From a virus (taxonomy: Duplodnaviria > Caudoviricetes), in IMG/VR virus record IMGVR_UViG_3300024529_000001, positions 1-53,921 of that record: a DNA stretch of 53,921 bases. The stretch is one strand, 5' to 3'. The notes beneath the pieces are model-generated. The model did not search any database. It was given only the letters and a program-made list of their open reading frames with translations, and was not told the origin of the DNA. How positions within the stretch are numbered: the first letter of the stretch is position 1; every line of letters begins with the position of its first letter. The position numbers and the translations under genes were made by a program. Of the stretch, positions 17,943-28,400 are shown piece after piece.

Positions 17943-20900
17943 TATCTAAATCTTTGTCTAAACGAATTAAAGTTTCTTGCTCCTAAATAAGGATCCATTG
18001 AACTTCCTGTTATACCAAATGCTTTAAATGCATTATTCCATATTTTAAAAGAATCTTCTTTTTGCCAAACATATGGGCCAACATCTTTTTTATATCTTGA
18101 TTTTTTACCTTCCCCAAAAAACTCTTCATTCATATCTGTAATTATTTTTACATATGTATCAGTAGTAGGACCAAACACAACTGAACTAACATTTTTCATT
18201 TGTGATAAATCTTTTAATCCATATTTTGATAAAGGAATAAACTGCTCATTCTCTGCTCTTATATTCATAAGAAGATATAATAAATGTTGTTGTAAGTATC
18301 CACCTAATTTAAATTCTCTGTCGTCTTCAACAAAAAATCCAGGTAATGGACCAGAAAGTTTTTTCATTTTTTTCCATCTATCCTCATCATCGTCATTATA
18401 TCCAACTAAGCCGTATGCTAATACTGTAAGATTTAACATAGCAAATTCTAATATAGTTCTCTTAAGAGCATTTGCTTGATCAGGAGTCATATATTTAATA
18501 GCAGTAGTTCCTCTTTTTAAAACTTCACCTGCAAATTTAAAAGTTTCTATATAATAACCTAGCTGTACTTCTGCTAATCCCATATTATATCTACCATCTA
18601 TTGAATAACCAAAAATCTTATTTGAATCTTTAGTAAGTTTCATACCAAATCTTCTCATCATCATAGTTGTAAAATACTTTCTCATATATGATGCCATTCT
18701 AAACATTAAATATCTATTAGCTTCAGGCTGATCTTCTGCTGCATATGCACCTTGCAAATCTCTAGTGACAGCACTCATTCTATTTTTTATTTCAAAAAAC
18801 TTTTTCCCATTAACATCATATTCAGGATCTAATCCTTCTTTCAAAGATAATTGTCCATCTACTAATTCAAATGCTTCCGCATAAGGAACACTTTGGGTAA
18901 TTTCATCTACTTTAATTTGATTACCATCTTTATCTACTTTTGGCACATTAACATTATACATCATTCCTCCAAATGCTTGCAATGTAGCACCCATTTCCAT
19001 AAATTTTCTAGGAGAATAAACCCAACTACCTGAAACAACATCTCTAAGTAAACTTCTTCCAGCAGCATCACCTTTTCTTTCTTCCTGATAACCTTGTATA
19101 GCATCAAATGCAAATACTAATTGAGCATTTAGTGTTTTAGAACCTACTTTATATAATTGTGATGTAATTTCCATTTGAGCTTTTGCTGACCAAACCCTTC
19201 CTTGGGCATAAGAAAAAGGAGTCATATACTTCATAGCAGCTGTTTCTATTATACTTTGAAATATTGCACCATATCTGTTTTTAAGAGCTGATGGTATGTT
19301 TAAAGCAAAGAAACCAAAAGACGCCCTTTTTTGTAACCAACCAACTGATTTATGCAACCAAGCTTGATCTTTTGTTCTACCTGTAATATTAATACCATAA
19401 AAGTCTCTTTCTATAATATTATCTATACCTTTTGCTCTTACACTTTTTCCTTCTTTTTTCAAACTAGTTTTTAAACCATAATTTTGATATGTTTTTTTAA
19501 TGATTTTTTTAACACCATTAACAGTATCTATTACACCTTGTTCATTAAGTGTTGTTGATAAAGCTTCTGCAATCGGACTTATTTCAATTAGTTTTAATTG
19601 TCTTTTAGCTGATAACTGATATTTTTCAACTGCTGACAACAAATCTAATGATACTTCATCTAAATCCATTTGATATCTTCCTGATATAGGTATTTTTGCG
19701 GTTTTATCACTAAGTAAATCTAAATTTACCTCAACATGCTGATCATCTGGATTTAATCCAACTTCCCAATCTTCTTTAGTTTTAACAAATTTAGATTTTG
19801 TGTCTTTAACAAAAGCTGTCCAACCATTTAATTTTTCTTTTCCTTGTGTGACAATATTTTTTCTTTGAAATAACCCAAGTCTTTCTAATCTATATCTAGG
19901 AACATCGTATCCTAATTTACTATTTCTATTTAACCCTTTTTGATTATTAATATGATATTTTTTAACTTTTTCTAAAAGTTTAAATTCAGAGCTATTCTTA
20001 TCCATATTTTCATAATCCATATTTATATATCTATAAGGATCTTCTAATTGTGGATTTTTAGCAACTATTTTTTGCATTTCAGAATAAGATTTTGGCAACC
20101 AATTCCCTTTTACATCAACAGTTTTTCCAATTTCTTTAGGAGTATGATATTCTTTTTTAACAACTTTCTGTCTAAATTTATAAGAAGGTTTTCCAAAAAT
20201 TTCATCTATTTCATTTCCTTGAGCGTCATAAAGTTTAGTTTTTTCATAAAACTTACTTGGACCTGTAGATCTAACTACACCATCTTTTTCTTCAAATTCA
20301 TCTTGAGGTTTAACTTTGCTCCAAACATATACTCTTTTATATGATGTATATTCATCACCATTCCTATCTACCTTATCATTTGCTAAATGATTTTTATCAA
20401 ACCATTTTTTAAAACCTTTATTTCTTCTTAATGAAGCCAATACACCTGAAAAATCTTTTGTTAAAAGCTTATTTGCTAACTCATTATCAAATTCTTTTTT
20501 ATCTGTAGAATTTTCTAAAGTAGAACTTAAATTTTCTTTTTGTATAATATTATTTATTTCATCGAGATAATATATAGTAGCATCAGTTTTTTGTAATTCT
20601 GATAATCTTTCAAATGCAGCAAATAATCTTTTTTTCTGTAGTTTACTTAAACCTAATTCAGATCTAGTTTCTGATAAAGTTTTAAATTCATTAAATTGCG
20701 ATTTAGTTAACTTTTGTTTATTACGCAACATTCTAAAATAATTTTGTAATGTTTCATATTCTAATGTAGTTAAACCAGTTAAACCCGCATATTCTTCCTT
20801 TATTGCTTCTATATCATATTGTAATTGTTTTACATCACTAATCCTTTTTTCATCCATTTCTAAAGCATTAGGCTCATTATCATCATCTCTAAAAGGTGTT

Positions 20901-23900
20901 ACTGCGTCAAATATTTTTTCATATGCTTCTTCAATATTAATACTTTCTTTAACATTAACAGGTAAATCTTTTGTGATATCTTTTATTATATCAAACTGTT
21001 GTTGTCTTAGGTCATACCATTCTTGTGATACTTGAGGAATAGTATTTTTATCTATCCATTCTTGTTTTAATCTATTATATTCATTATCATATTTACTTGT
21101 ACCTTGTTCAAATTCTTCATCAGATAACTTTTGTTCTAATTTTTCAATAAAATTTAAATATGCGTTATTAAATACATTTGGTAATTCAACCCAATCATAA
21201 AATTCATTTTTAGCATTTCTATACTCTTTTAATAATTTTGCTTTTGCTTTTCCTTCTTCATCTTTACCGTATTCAGAAAATAATAATCTATATTTTTTCC
21301 ATAATTGATCTAAAACATCATAGTTTTGAAATTCATCATATTCATCTTCCATTTGATCTTGTAATAATGATATTTCTTCTAATATAGAATCTCTTTCTTT
21401 TAATGCTTCTCTTCCTATTTCATTTTCCATCATTTTATCAGGTTCATAAAATGAATCTAAATATGTATTATTAAAAAATAACTTTTTATGATTTCTATAT
21501 TTTTCAACTAAATCTGCATAAATCTTAAAATCTTTTTTATCTCTTGTAGAGCTATACTTTTGTTTTGCTTCATCTACATTTTGTTGCATTATTGCCATTT
21601 TAAGCCTATAATTTTTATATGGATTTAACATAGTCCATACTTCAAATTTTTCAATATTACCTTCATCATTTTTAGTAACATCCTCATCAATAAATAAATA
21701 TTTTTTCCAGAACTTTTCTAAATTATTTGGATTATAACCCGCATCTTTTAGATCACTTTTTATACTATTTAAAAATTTATTTGATTCTCTATCACTTTCA
21801 TTCATTATTTCAGTCAAATTATTTCTTAAATACACTCCAAAACTTGAAATTATTGGATCATTATTATACATATAACCTTCTAAGAAACTGTTAAATGCAT
21901 TTGCATCTCCCATCTCACCTTTAAGATACTCTTTCATCTTATCTTTAGAAATCAAATATTTTTTATAATCATTGTATTCTTTTTCTATTTGACTTTTAGG
22001 AGCTTCTCTAGCAACTAATTTTGCTTTTCTTTGTTCCCATAATTCAGTCATTCTATCATTTACAACATCAAACTGTTCTGATAATATATCAACTAAACCT
22101 TTTTCAAATACTTTATTTATAATAGTTGTAGAATCATCAATTCTATCTGAAATATTACCAACTAAATTACCTATATCTGAATCTGATTGTACACCAGCTT
22201 CACGCATTGTCTTTTTTGTATCATCAATAAAAGTTTTCCAATTCATAAGTAAGTTATTATAATAAGTTATTTGAATTAAATTTTCCTTATTATTAGGACT
22301 TTCTTTCATTAAATTAATATGCTTATATATATGCTTTATTAGCTTGTTAGTTTTAATTAAATTACCTGTAAGTGCTAATGCAGCCTTTTTTTGAAATTCC
22401 ATACTATCTAACAACTCTTCAATTGATTCATCTGTGTTTGTTAAAGTTTGTACTTTAGAAATTCCTTGTTGTAACTCATCATAAAGACCAGTTCCTTGTT
22501 CAGGAGCTAATATGTATTTTAAACCTTCATAATTTTCATCATCTCTCACTTTTAAAATATGAGATCTAATCAACTCATACTGTGAATTAATTATTTTAAT
22601 TACTTCTTCTCCTTCTATGTTTAAAATATCTTTAGCAAAATTTTGAGTATCTGTTAAATATTGCACTACTTTATCTTCTGTTACTATACTAGTATTTACA
22701 TTAAATGAAACATTATTATCAGGATCAGCAGCTTGATTTAACATTTCTGCTAACTCTTTTAAATTTGTTAATGGGTTTAGTTTTTCAATTTTAATTTTTT
22801 TACCAAATAATTTTCTTAGAACTTTTTTTATACCAAGTATTATCCTTTGCACTATACTTTTCATTTCAGAAGAGCTCTGTTCTTTTTTATTAATAAATTC
22901 AGCAGCATTTGTTAATGCTTTTACTAACATTTCATCTGTTACAGCATAATGATTTGAATCAAAACCTGGATATTCATTTAAAGATTCATCTAATAACTTT
23001 TTTCCTATTGCAGTGTTTTTTAAATCAAAAACTAACTTATTATATAAATTTGGATTTGATTCTCTTATAGCGGATATAAAAGGATGAGAAAATTCATGTA
23101 ATAATTGTTCAGTTGATTGCAACTCATTTATAAAATATAATTCACCTTGATAATAAAAAGAAGGGTTTTGTCCTGTATAAGGATTCTGAGATTCTTCAGT
23201 TAATGTTATTGCATCTTTCTTTGATATCATATTATAATTGATATTAAAAGAATTTTTTAATGCTAAAGCTATTTGTGTTAATGCATCATTAGCTATAATA
23301 TTTTTTTGACCTTCTATATCAAGATCTACAAGATGAACATTTTCAGTTGGATTTAATAAAGCAGCATCTTCAAAAAATTCTTCATCTGTAACAATATCTT
23401 CTTTTAATGTAAAGAATCTAAACCCTTTATTTTTTAATTTATATTTATCTTTAACAAAAGGAACAAAAAATATTAAATCATTTAAATCTTTTGTTCTACC
23501 CATTTTTATTTTAGCTTCAAATATTTCTTTCCAATCTTTAAAATAATTACCAAACATTTGAGGATATGCTTTTTTATTTTTGTCATATGGAACAGTTCTA
23601 AGAAAGAAATCTACTTGGTATCTTTTTGGCATAAATTTTCCATGATCAGGGCTAAAAACATTGTTTACATTTTCCATTTTTGTAGGATGTTCAATATATC
23701 CCATTATCACAACAGTTTCACCATTTTTTTCAGATTTTCCAATAAATGATTTTTCAAAAACAAATTTTCCACCTTTACTTTTGCTAGGAAATTTATCTGT
23801 TATTTCTTTATACCATTTTTGTTGTTCAATAAATTTTTTAACTCCAACGTTAAACTCAAAAGCTCTACCTCCATGACTTAATGCAATACCTGTATCTTCT

Positions 23901-25414
23901 ATCCATTTTCTAAAAACTAAAGCATTACTTTCTTTTATAAAATCATCATACAATATTGAACCATCAATATCATGTATTTCTTCATTTACTGATCTTAATA
24001 TTTTTCCGTATTTTCTTAATGCTAATGATCCAGATAATTCAAAATTTGCTGAAGAAAGATTAAATAAAGTTTTTAATATCCTAGCTGCAAAAGGATCATT
24101 ATTTAATGACTCTTGATAATTTTTAATTTCATATTCAACATTTTTTACGTCCACAACTTTTTGAGTTACAGGATCAATATTATATGCTCTTATAATTTTA
24201 TTAAAATTTTCTTTATAAACATCATCAGCTACATCTAAAGCAATATCTACCAGGTTATCATAATTTAACTTTTTAAATGTTTTATTATTAAAAACTCTAT
24301 GTAAAAAATTCCAAATAGCATTATAAAATGCTTTTAATACATTTTCTTCAAATCTATCTTTTGCACCTGATTTTAATATAAAGTCTTTAGTTATATCTGG
24401 ATTCTCTCTTTTTTCTCCTAAATATTCATTATCTAATCCATGCTCAAGAGCTTGTGCAATAAACGTAATAACTACTTGTTTTCTAATCCAATAATTATCT
24501 TTTTTTATATCAAAAACATCACCATATATATCTTCGTCAATCTCTGATTCAAATCTATTATACTTATCTTTATCTTTAATTTTTTCAAAACTTACTTTAT
24601 ATTTATCATAATACTTTTGATATTCAGACCATTCGCTAATATTTTTCATAAACTGAAAAGATAAAAATGATCTTTTACCAAGCATTGTAAAGATTATATT
24701 AGCAGATTGCATTAATAAATCTTTATCTGTAACATTGTCTCTTAATACTAATATTTTTTGAAGTTGATCATATCCAGACATTGGATTTTGACCACGTATA
24801 TTCATTTCATCTAATACCTTATCAGCATCTTCATTTGTTATTTCAATATTTAAACCTTTTATATACTTACTTAATTTTTTTCTTAATTCTAGATTAAACT
24901 TTTGATGAGCCATTTCACCTAATGTTTTATCTACTTCTTGATTTGATATCTCATTATATGAATTTGGTAATATTTTAAATGCATTATTTTTTTTGAATAT
25001 AACATAATCAGTAATGCCACTTTCATCATTAACTCCTATATAACCTTTAGAATTTATATTTAAATTTTCAGTTTTTAATATTTCTGGATTAACACTTGTT
25101 AAATTTTTAGCAGATATTACATATGGTGATTCATTTTCAATATATGCAGTTGTAAATTCAAATCTATTAGTAGTCCCCTTTTTTTTATAAACTAAAATAG
25201 GTTCATTATTTTCATCTTTTACATTTGAATCAGAAAACCATTTTTTAAAAGCTGGTGTATAAACTTTAGCCCAAATTCTTAAAGCGTCTTCTTTTGATTT
25301 TACTTGCGGTAAAGATTCAATTTGCGCATAAAGTTTTGACTCAGCACCAGTAGGTGAAAGAACACTTGTTATTTGATTTGATTTTTTATCTCTTATAATT
25401 CTACAAGTTGCCAT
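17942..25414 (-). CDS. giant virion cargo/ejection polyvalent protein (2490 aa): degenerate ART-like, nucleotidyltransferase and zincin domains
   Basis: TPAFKKWFSDS..DENNEP; SGSLAL...HDID...VDFF...KIKMGRTKDLND; LLHEFSH; long helical C-terminal region; adjacent to the virion RNAP. Confidence 0.75.
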   Translation of the reverse strand: MATCRIIRDKKSNQITSVLSPTGAESKLYAQIESLPQVKSKEDALRIWAKVYTPAFKKWFSDSNVKDENNEPILVYKKKGTTNRFEFTTAYIENESPYVISAKNLTSVNPEILKTENLNINSKGYIGVNDESGITDYVIFKKNNAFKILPNSYNEISNQEVDKTLGEMAHQKFNLELRKKLSKYIKGLNIEITNEDADKVLDEMNIRGQNPMSGYDQLQKILVLRDNVTDKDLLMQSANIIFTMLGKRSFLSFQFMKNISEWSEYQKYYDKYKVSFEKIKDKDKYNRFESEIDEDIYGDVFDIKKDNYWIRKQVVITFIAQALEHGLDNEYLGEKRENPDITKDFILKSGAKDRFEENVLKAFYNAIWNFLHRVFNNKTFKKLNYDNLVDIALDVADDVYKENFNKIIRAYNIDPVTQKVVDVKNVEYEIKNYQESLNNDPFAARILKTLFNLSSANFELSGSLALRKYGKILRSVNEEIHDIDGSILYDDFIKESNALVFRKWIEDTGIALSHGGRAFEFNVGVKKFIEQQKWYKEITDKFPSKSKGGKFVFEKSFIGKSEKNGETVVIMGYIEHPTKMENVNNVFSPDHGKFMPKRYQVDFFLRTVPYDKNKKAYPQMFGNYFKDWKEIFEAKIKMGRTKDLNDLIFFVPFVKDKYKLKNKGFRFFTLKEDIVTDEEFFEDAALLNPTENVHLVDLDIEGQKNIIANDALTQIALALKNSFNINYNMISKKDAITLTEESQNPYTGQNPSFYYQGELYFINELQSTEQLLHEFSHPFISAIRESNPNLYNKLVFDLKNTAIGKKLLDESLNEYPGFDSNHYAVTDEMLVKALTNAAEFINKKEQSSSEMKSIVQRIILGIKKVLRKLFGKKIKIEKLNPLTNLKELAEMLNQAADPDNNVSFNVNTSIVTEDKVVQYLTDTQNFAKDILNIEGEEVIKIINSQYELIRSHILKVRDDENYEGLKYILAPEQGTGLYDELQQGISKVQTLTNTDESIEELLDSMEFQKKAALALTGNLIKTNKLIKHIYKHINLMKESPNNKENLIQITYYNNLLMNWKTFIDDTKKTMREAGVQSDSDIGNLVGNISDRIDDSTTIINKVFEKGLVDILSEQFDVVNDRMTELWEQRKAKLVAREAPKSQIEKEYNDYKKYLISKDKMKEYLKGEMGDANAFNSFLEGYMYNNDPIISSFGVYLRNNLTEIMNESDRESNKFLNSIKSDLKDAGYNPNNLEKFWKKYLFIDEDVTKNDEGNIEKFEVWTMLNPYKNYRLKMAIMQQNVDEAKQKYSSTRDKKDFKIYADLVEKYRNHKKLFFNNTYLDSFYEPDKMMENEIGREALKERDSILEEISLLQDQMEDEYDEFQNYDVLDQLWKKYRLLFSEYGKDEEGKAKAKLLKEYRNAKNEFYDWVELPNVFNNAYLNFIEKLEQKLSDEEFEQGTSKYDNEYNRLKQEWIDKNTIPQVSQEWYDLRQQQFDIIKDITKDLPVNVKESINIEEAYEKIFDAVTPFRDDDNEPNALEMDEKRISDVKQLQYDIEAIKEEYAGLTGLTTLEYETLQNYFRMLRNKQKLTKSQFNEFKTLSETRSELGLSKLQKKRLFAAFERLSELQKTDATIYYLDEINNIIQKENLSSTLENSTDKKEFDNELANKLLTKDFSGVLASLRRNKGFKKWFDKNHLANDKVDRNGDEYTSYKRVYVWSKVKPQDEFEEKDGVVRSTGPSKFYEKTKLYDAQGNEIDEIFGKPSYKFRQKVVKKEYHTPKEIGKTVDVKGNWLPKSYSEMQKIVAKNPQLEDPYRYINMDYENMDKNSSEFKLLEKVKKYHINNQKGLNRNSKLGYDVPRYRLERLGLFQRKNIVTQGKEKLNGWTAFVKDTKSKFVKTKEDWEVGLNPDDQHVEVNLDLLSDKTAKIPISGRYQMDLDEVSLDLLSAVEKYQLSAKRQLKLIEISPIAEALSTTLNEQGVIDTVNGVKKIIKKTYQNYGLKTSLKKEGKSVRAKGIDNIIERDFYGINITGRTKDQAWLHKSVGWLQKRASFGFFALNIPSALKNRYGAIFQSIIETAAMKYMTPFSYAQGRVWSAKAQMEITSQLYKVGSKTLNAQLVFAFDAIQGYQEERKGDAAGRSLLRDVVSGSWVYSPRKFMEMGATLQAFGGMMYNVNVPKVDKDGNQIKVDEITQSVPYAEAFELVDGQLSLKEGLDPEYDVNGKKFFEIKNRMSAVTRDLQGAYAAEDQPEANRYLMFRMASYMRKYFTTMMMRRFGMKLTKDSNKIFGYSIDGRYNMGLAEVQLGYYIETFKFAGEVLKRGTTAIKYMTPDQANALKRTILEFAMLNLTVLAYGLVGYNDDDEDRWKKMKKLSGPLPGFFVEDDREFKLGGYLQQHLLYLLMNIRAENEQFIPLSKYGLKDLSQMKNVSSVVFGPTTDTYVKIITDMNEEFFGEGKKSRYKKDVGPYVWQKEDSFKIWNNAFKAFGITGSSMDPYLGARNFNSFRQRFR

Positions 25415-25417
25415 TAT

Positions 25418-28400
25418 TTAACAATTTTGATCAAATATTTCTAATATTTGGTTTATACTATTCTCTATATTATCTTCTAACATCTTATTAGTTATATTCT
25501 GACTATTATTTATATTATCAGTTATAACACTATTTTCTATAGATTTTGGATTTATGTATCCAAATTTTTTATAAAGCTGTTCACTAAGATATTGATAAGT
25601 TTTAGGTGCTTTTCTATATAAATTTTCTCCATAACCACTGCTTAAAAATAATAATTTATTTCCATTATTCATTTCTGTAACATAATAATCTATATCAGTA
25701 TCAATATTTTCTTTATTAAATTCAAAATTTTCATCATTTTGAATATCATTTAAAATAATTCCCATATTTCCATCTACATAATTTTTAGACTTAATTTTAT
25801 ATGCTTTGTTATTTAGATAAAAGTTTTCATTTTGTACTGGTAAAACAATTAACTCATTAGTATTTTCAGTTTTTTCAACTAAACTGTCTATATAAGCACC
25901 ATTTTTTCTATAAGTATTAATAAGCTGTATAGATGAATTATTTATATAAATATTATTTATATCAGTAAGTGTTTCTTTTAAATTACTTGTTTTTTCTGTC
26001 CAATTTTTAAATCTCCAAGCTTTTTGATTTTGATCTTCATATTTATTAATAAGACTTTTAGTAAATGAATCTAAATATTCTGCACTTTTCATTCTTCCAT
26101 CATAAGTTTTATCATTAAACATATCAATGACATCCTTATGAGCAGACTTTAATACTTCTAATATTTTTTCATTAGGTACACCTCTTACTAAAGATAGCGG
26201 ACTATTTATATCTTGTCCTGTTTGAAAAAACGCAAAAAATGGAAAATCTTTAAAAAACTCTGTTATCATTTTATTATCTTCTTCATTTTCTACCTTTTTT
26301 ATATTTGGATCCATTAATTCTGAAACATTTAAATAATAATTTTCAAAAGTTTCACCGTCATCTATTTTTTCGTTATACTTTAAATTAGTCACATAATTTC
26401 CTTTATCAATTACTAAATTGCTTAATATTTCGTATTGATTAATTAAATCTGGATGTTTATCTAAAATTTCTGATAACCTAACCGCATAAGTATTAGTTGA
26501 TTTAAATAGTTTTTGTTTATTATATATGTTATCTAATGTTTTTTGATTTAAATAAAAATCATAAACTTTTTTTAGACTTTCTTTTTTCTTTTCTGTTTCT
26601 TCTTCAGCAACATATTCATCATATAAATCAGTAAAATATTTATCATCATATAAATCTTCTGCTGTTGTTGAAGATTTTAATAATTCTTTTTGTAAAGCAA
26701 ATTCAAAATAATCATCAAAAGAAGTTATATATCTACCAATTTTAGGATCTTTTTTAGCATCTAAAAAATCGCTATTAAGTTTATTTGAATTTACATATAT
26801 AACATCATCTTTAATTGCTACACCTTGTTTTAGATTTTGTACATATTCAATTTTTAAATCTTTTTCAACTTTAAGGCCGCTTAATACTAATTTTCCATCA
26901 ACAATTTTAGGTAAAAAAGATTCTCTTATTTTATTTTGAAACATAAATGATACAAGATCATTTTTAAAAATATTAACAAATCTTTCTTTACCATCTACAT
27001 CATTAGTCATTCCCATCTTTTTCAATGGAACGCTTCCTGAAGCTATTTCATTAGATAAATGATTATTTATATCTGGATGATTTCTTAATTCAAATAAATT
27101 AGATAAATACTTTAATGAAAATTCTGATATATCAAATAATCCTATTATAGATGTATTAATCATTTTACTAATTAAATTTGGATCAAAATAGTTTAAATTT
27201 AATAATCCTAATTTTGCTTTTTCTCTTTCAAATGCTGCATATAATGAAGTTGATTTTTTAGTATCATAAGTTAAATTAGTTTTAATCTGTGTCATTTCAT
27301 TAGATGGAGCTCTAAGTTTTAAATAATGATAAAACGCTGCTTGCGCAACTTCTCTATTATTATCATCAATACCATTCATTGCAATATCTTTTAAAATTTC
27401 AATATTATCTATTTCTTTTTCATACTTTTCAATTTCTGTATTTGCAATCTTAAAAGAATTAAAATTAAAATTTTTCTTAGATGTATTAAATTCTTTAGGA
27501 AATTTATTTAAAGGATTTAATATAACAGCTTCTTCAGCTTTTATATTTATTAACCTAAGACCAAATGGAGATTTACTCGCCTCTTCAGATTGCTTTGTCA
27601 AGTATGCTTTTGATAATTCATAAAATACAGATTTTTTTATTCTAACTTGTTTTATATAATTTACTACATAAGGATTAGAAATAAAATAAATTGCTTTTTC
27701 TTCTGGAACACCGCTTTCAGTTAACAAAGTAAGTAAAGGAGCATTTTCAATTCCTGCATTAATATCAAATAACCAGGCTTTCTTTTCAACATCTACTGCA
27801 CCATTTATTAATTGAGAATTTGTATCAGATATTTTAGTTGTACCATTAACATCATAAATATTAGAAAGAGATATATACTCTTTTTTATTTTTTAAAAATT
27901 TATTATGTGATAGCTTTAATTTAACTTTTTGTGTAATTCTTGGTTTATTACCTGTATGATAAACAGTAAATTTTGCATCTATAAGTTGTAAATATTCAAT
28001 AAATCTTTCATCAACACCAGGCATATCACCAACAATAAAAGTTACTCCTCTTTTAGCTTGTTCTACTATTTTTTGTTTTGTATACTCACTTAAATCAGTG
28101 TACTTATATGAAGCATTACGTGCTAACATAACAACTGAAGTTTCATCATTTAAAATATTTTTTGAATCTTCATTTTCATCAACTTCTTCTAAATTTATTT
28201 TTCCTTTTATTTTATTTAAAGATGTATTACTACTACTATCTTCTTTTCTTATTTCACCAATAAAACCATTAGCATCTTTACGCATTGCAGCATCTTTAGC
28301 ATCTCCTTCAGCTGTACCTTTTCCTTTATTACTAGATCCAGGAATAGCTTTTGTATTAAAATCAATATCATTTATATATGCTCCCATTCTATTATATACA

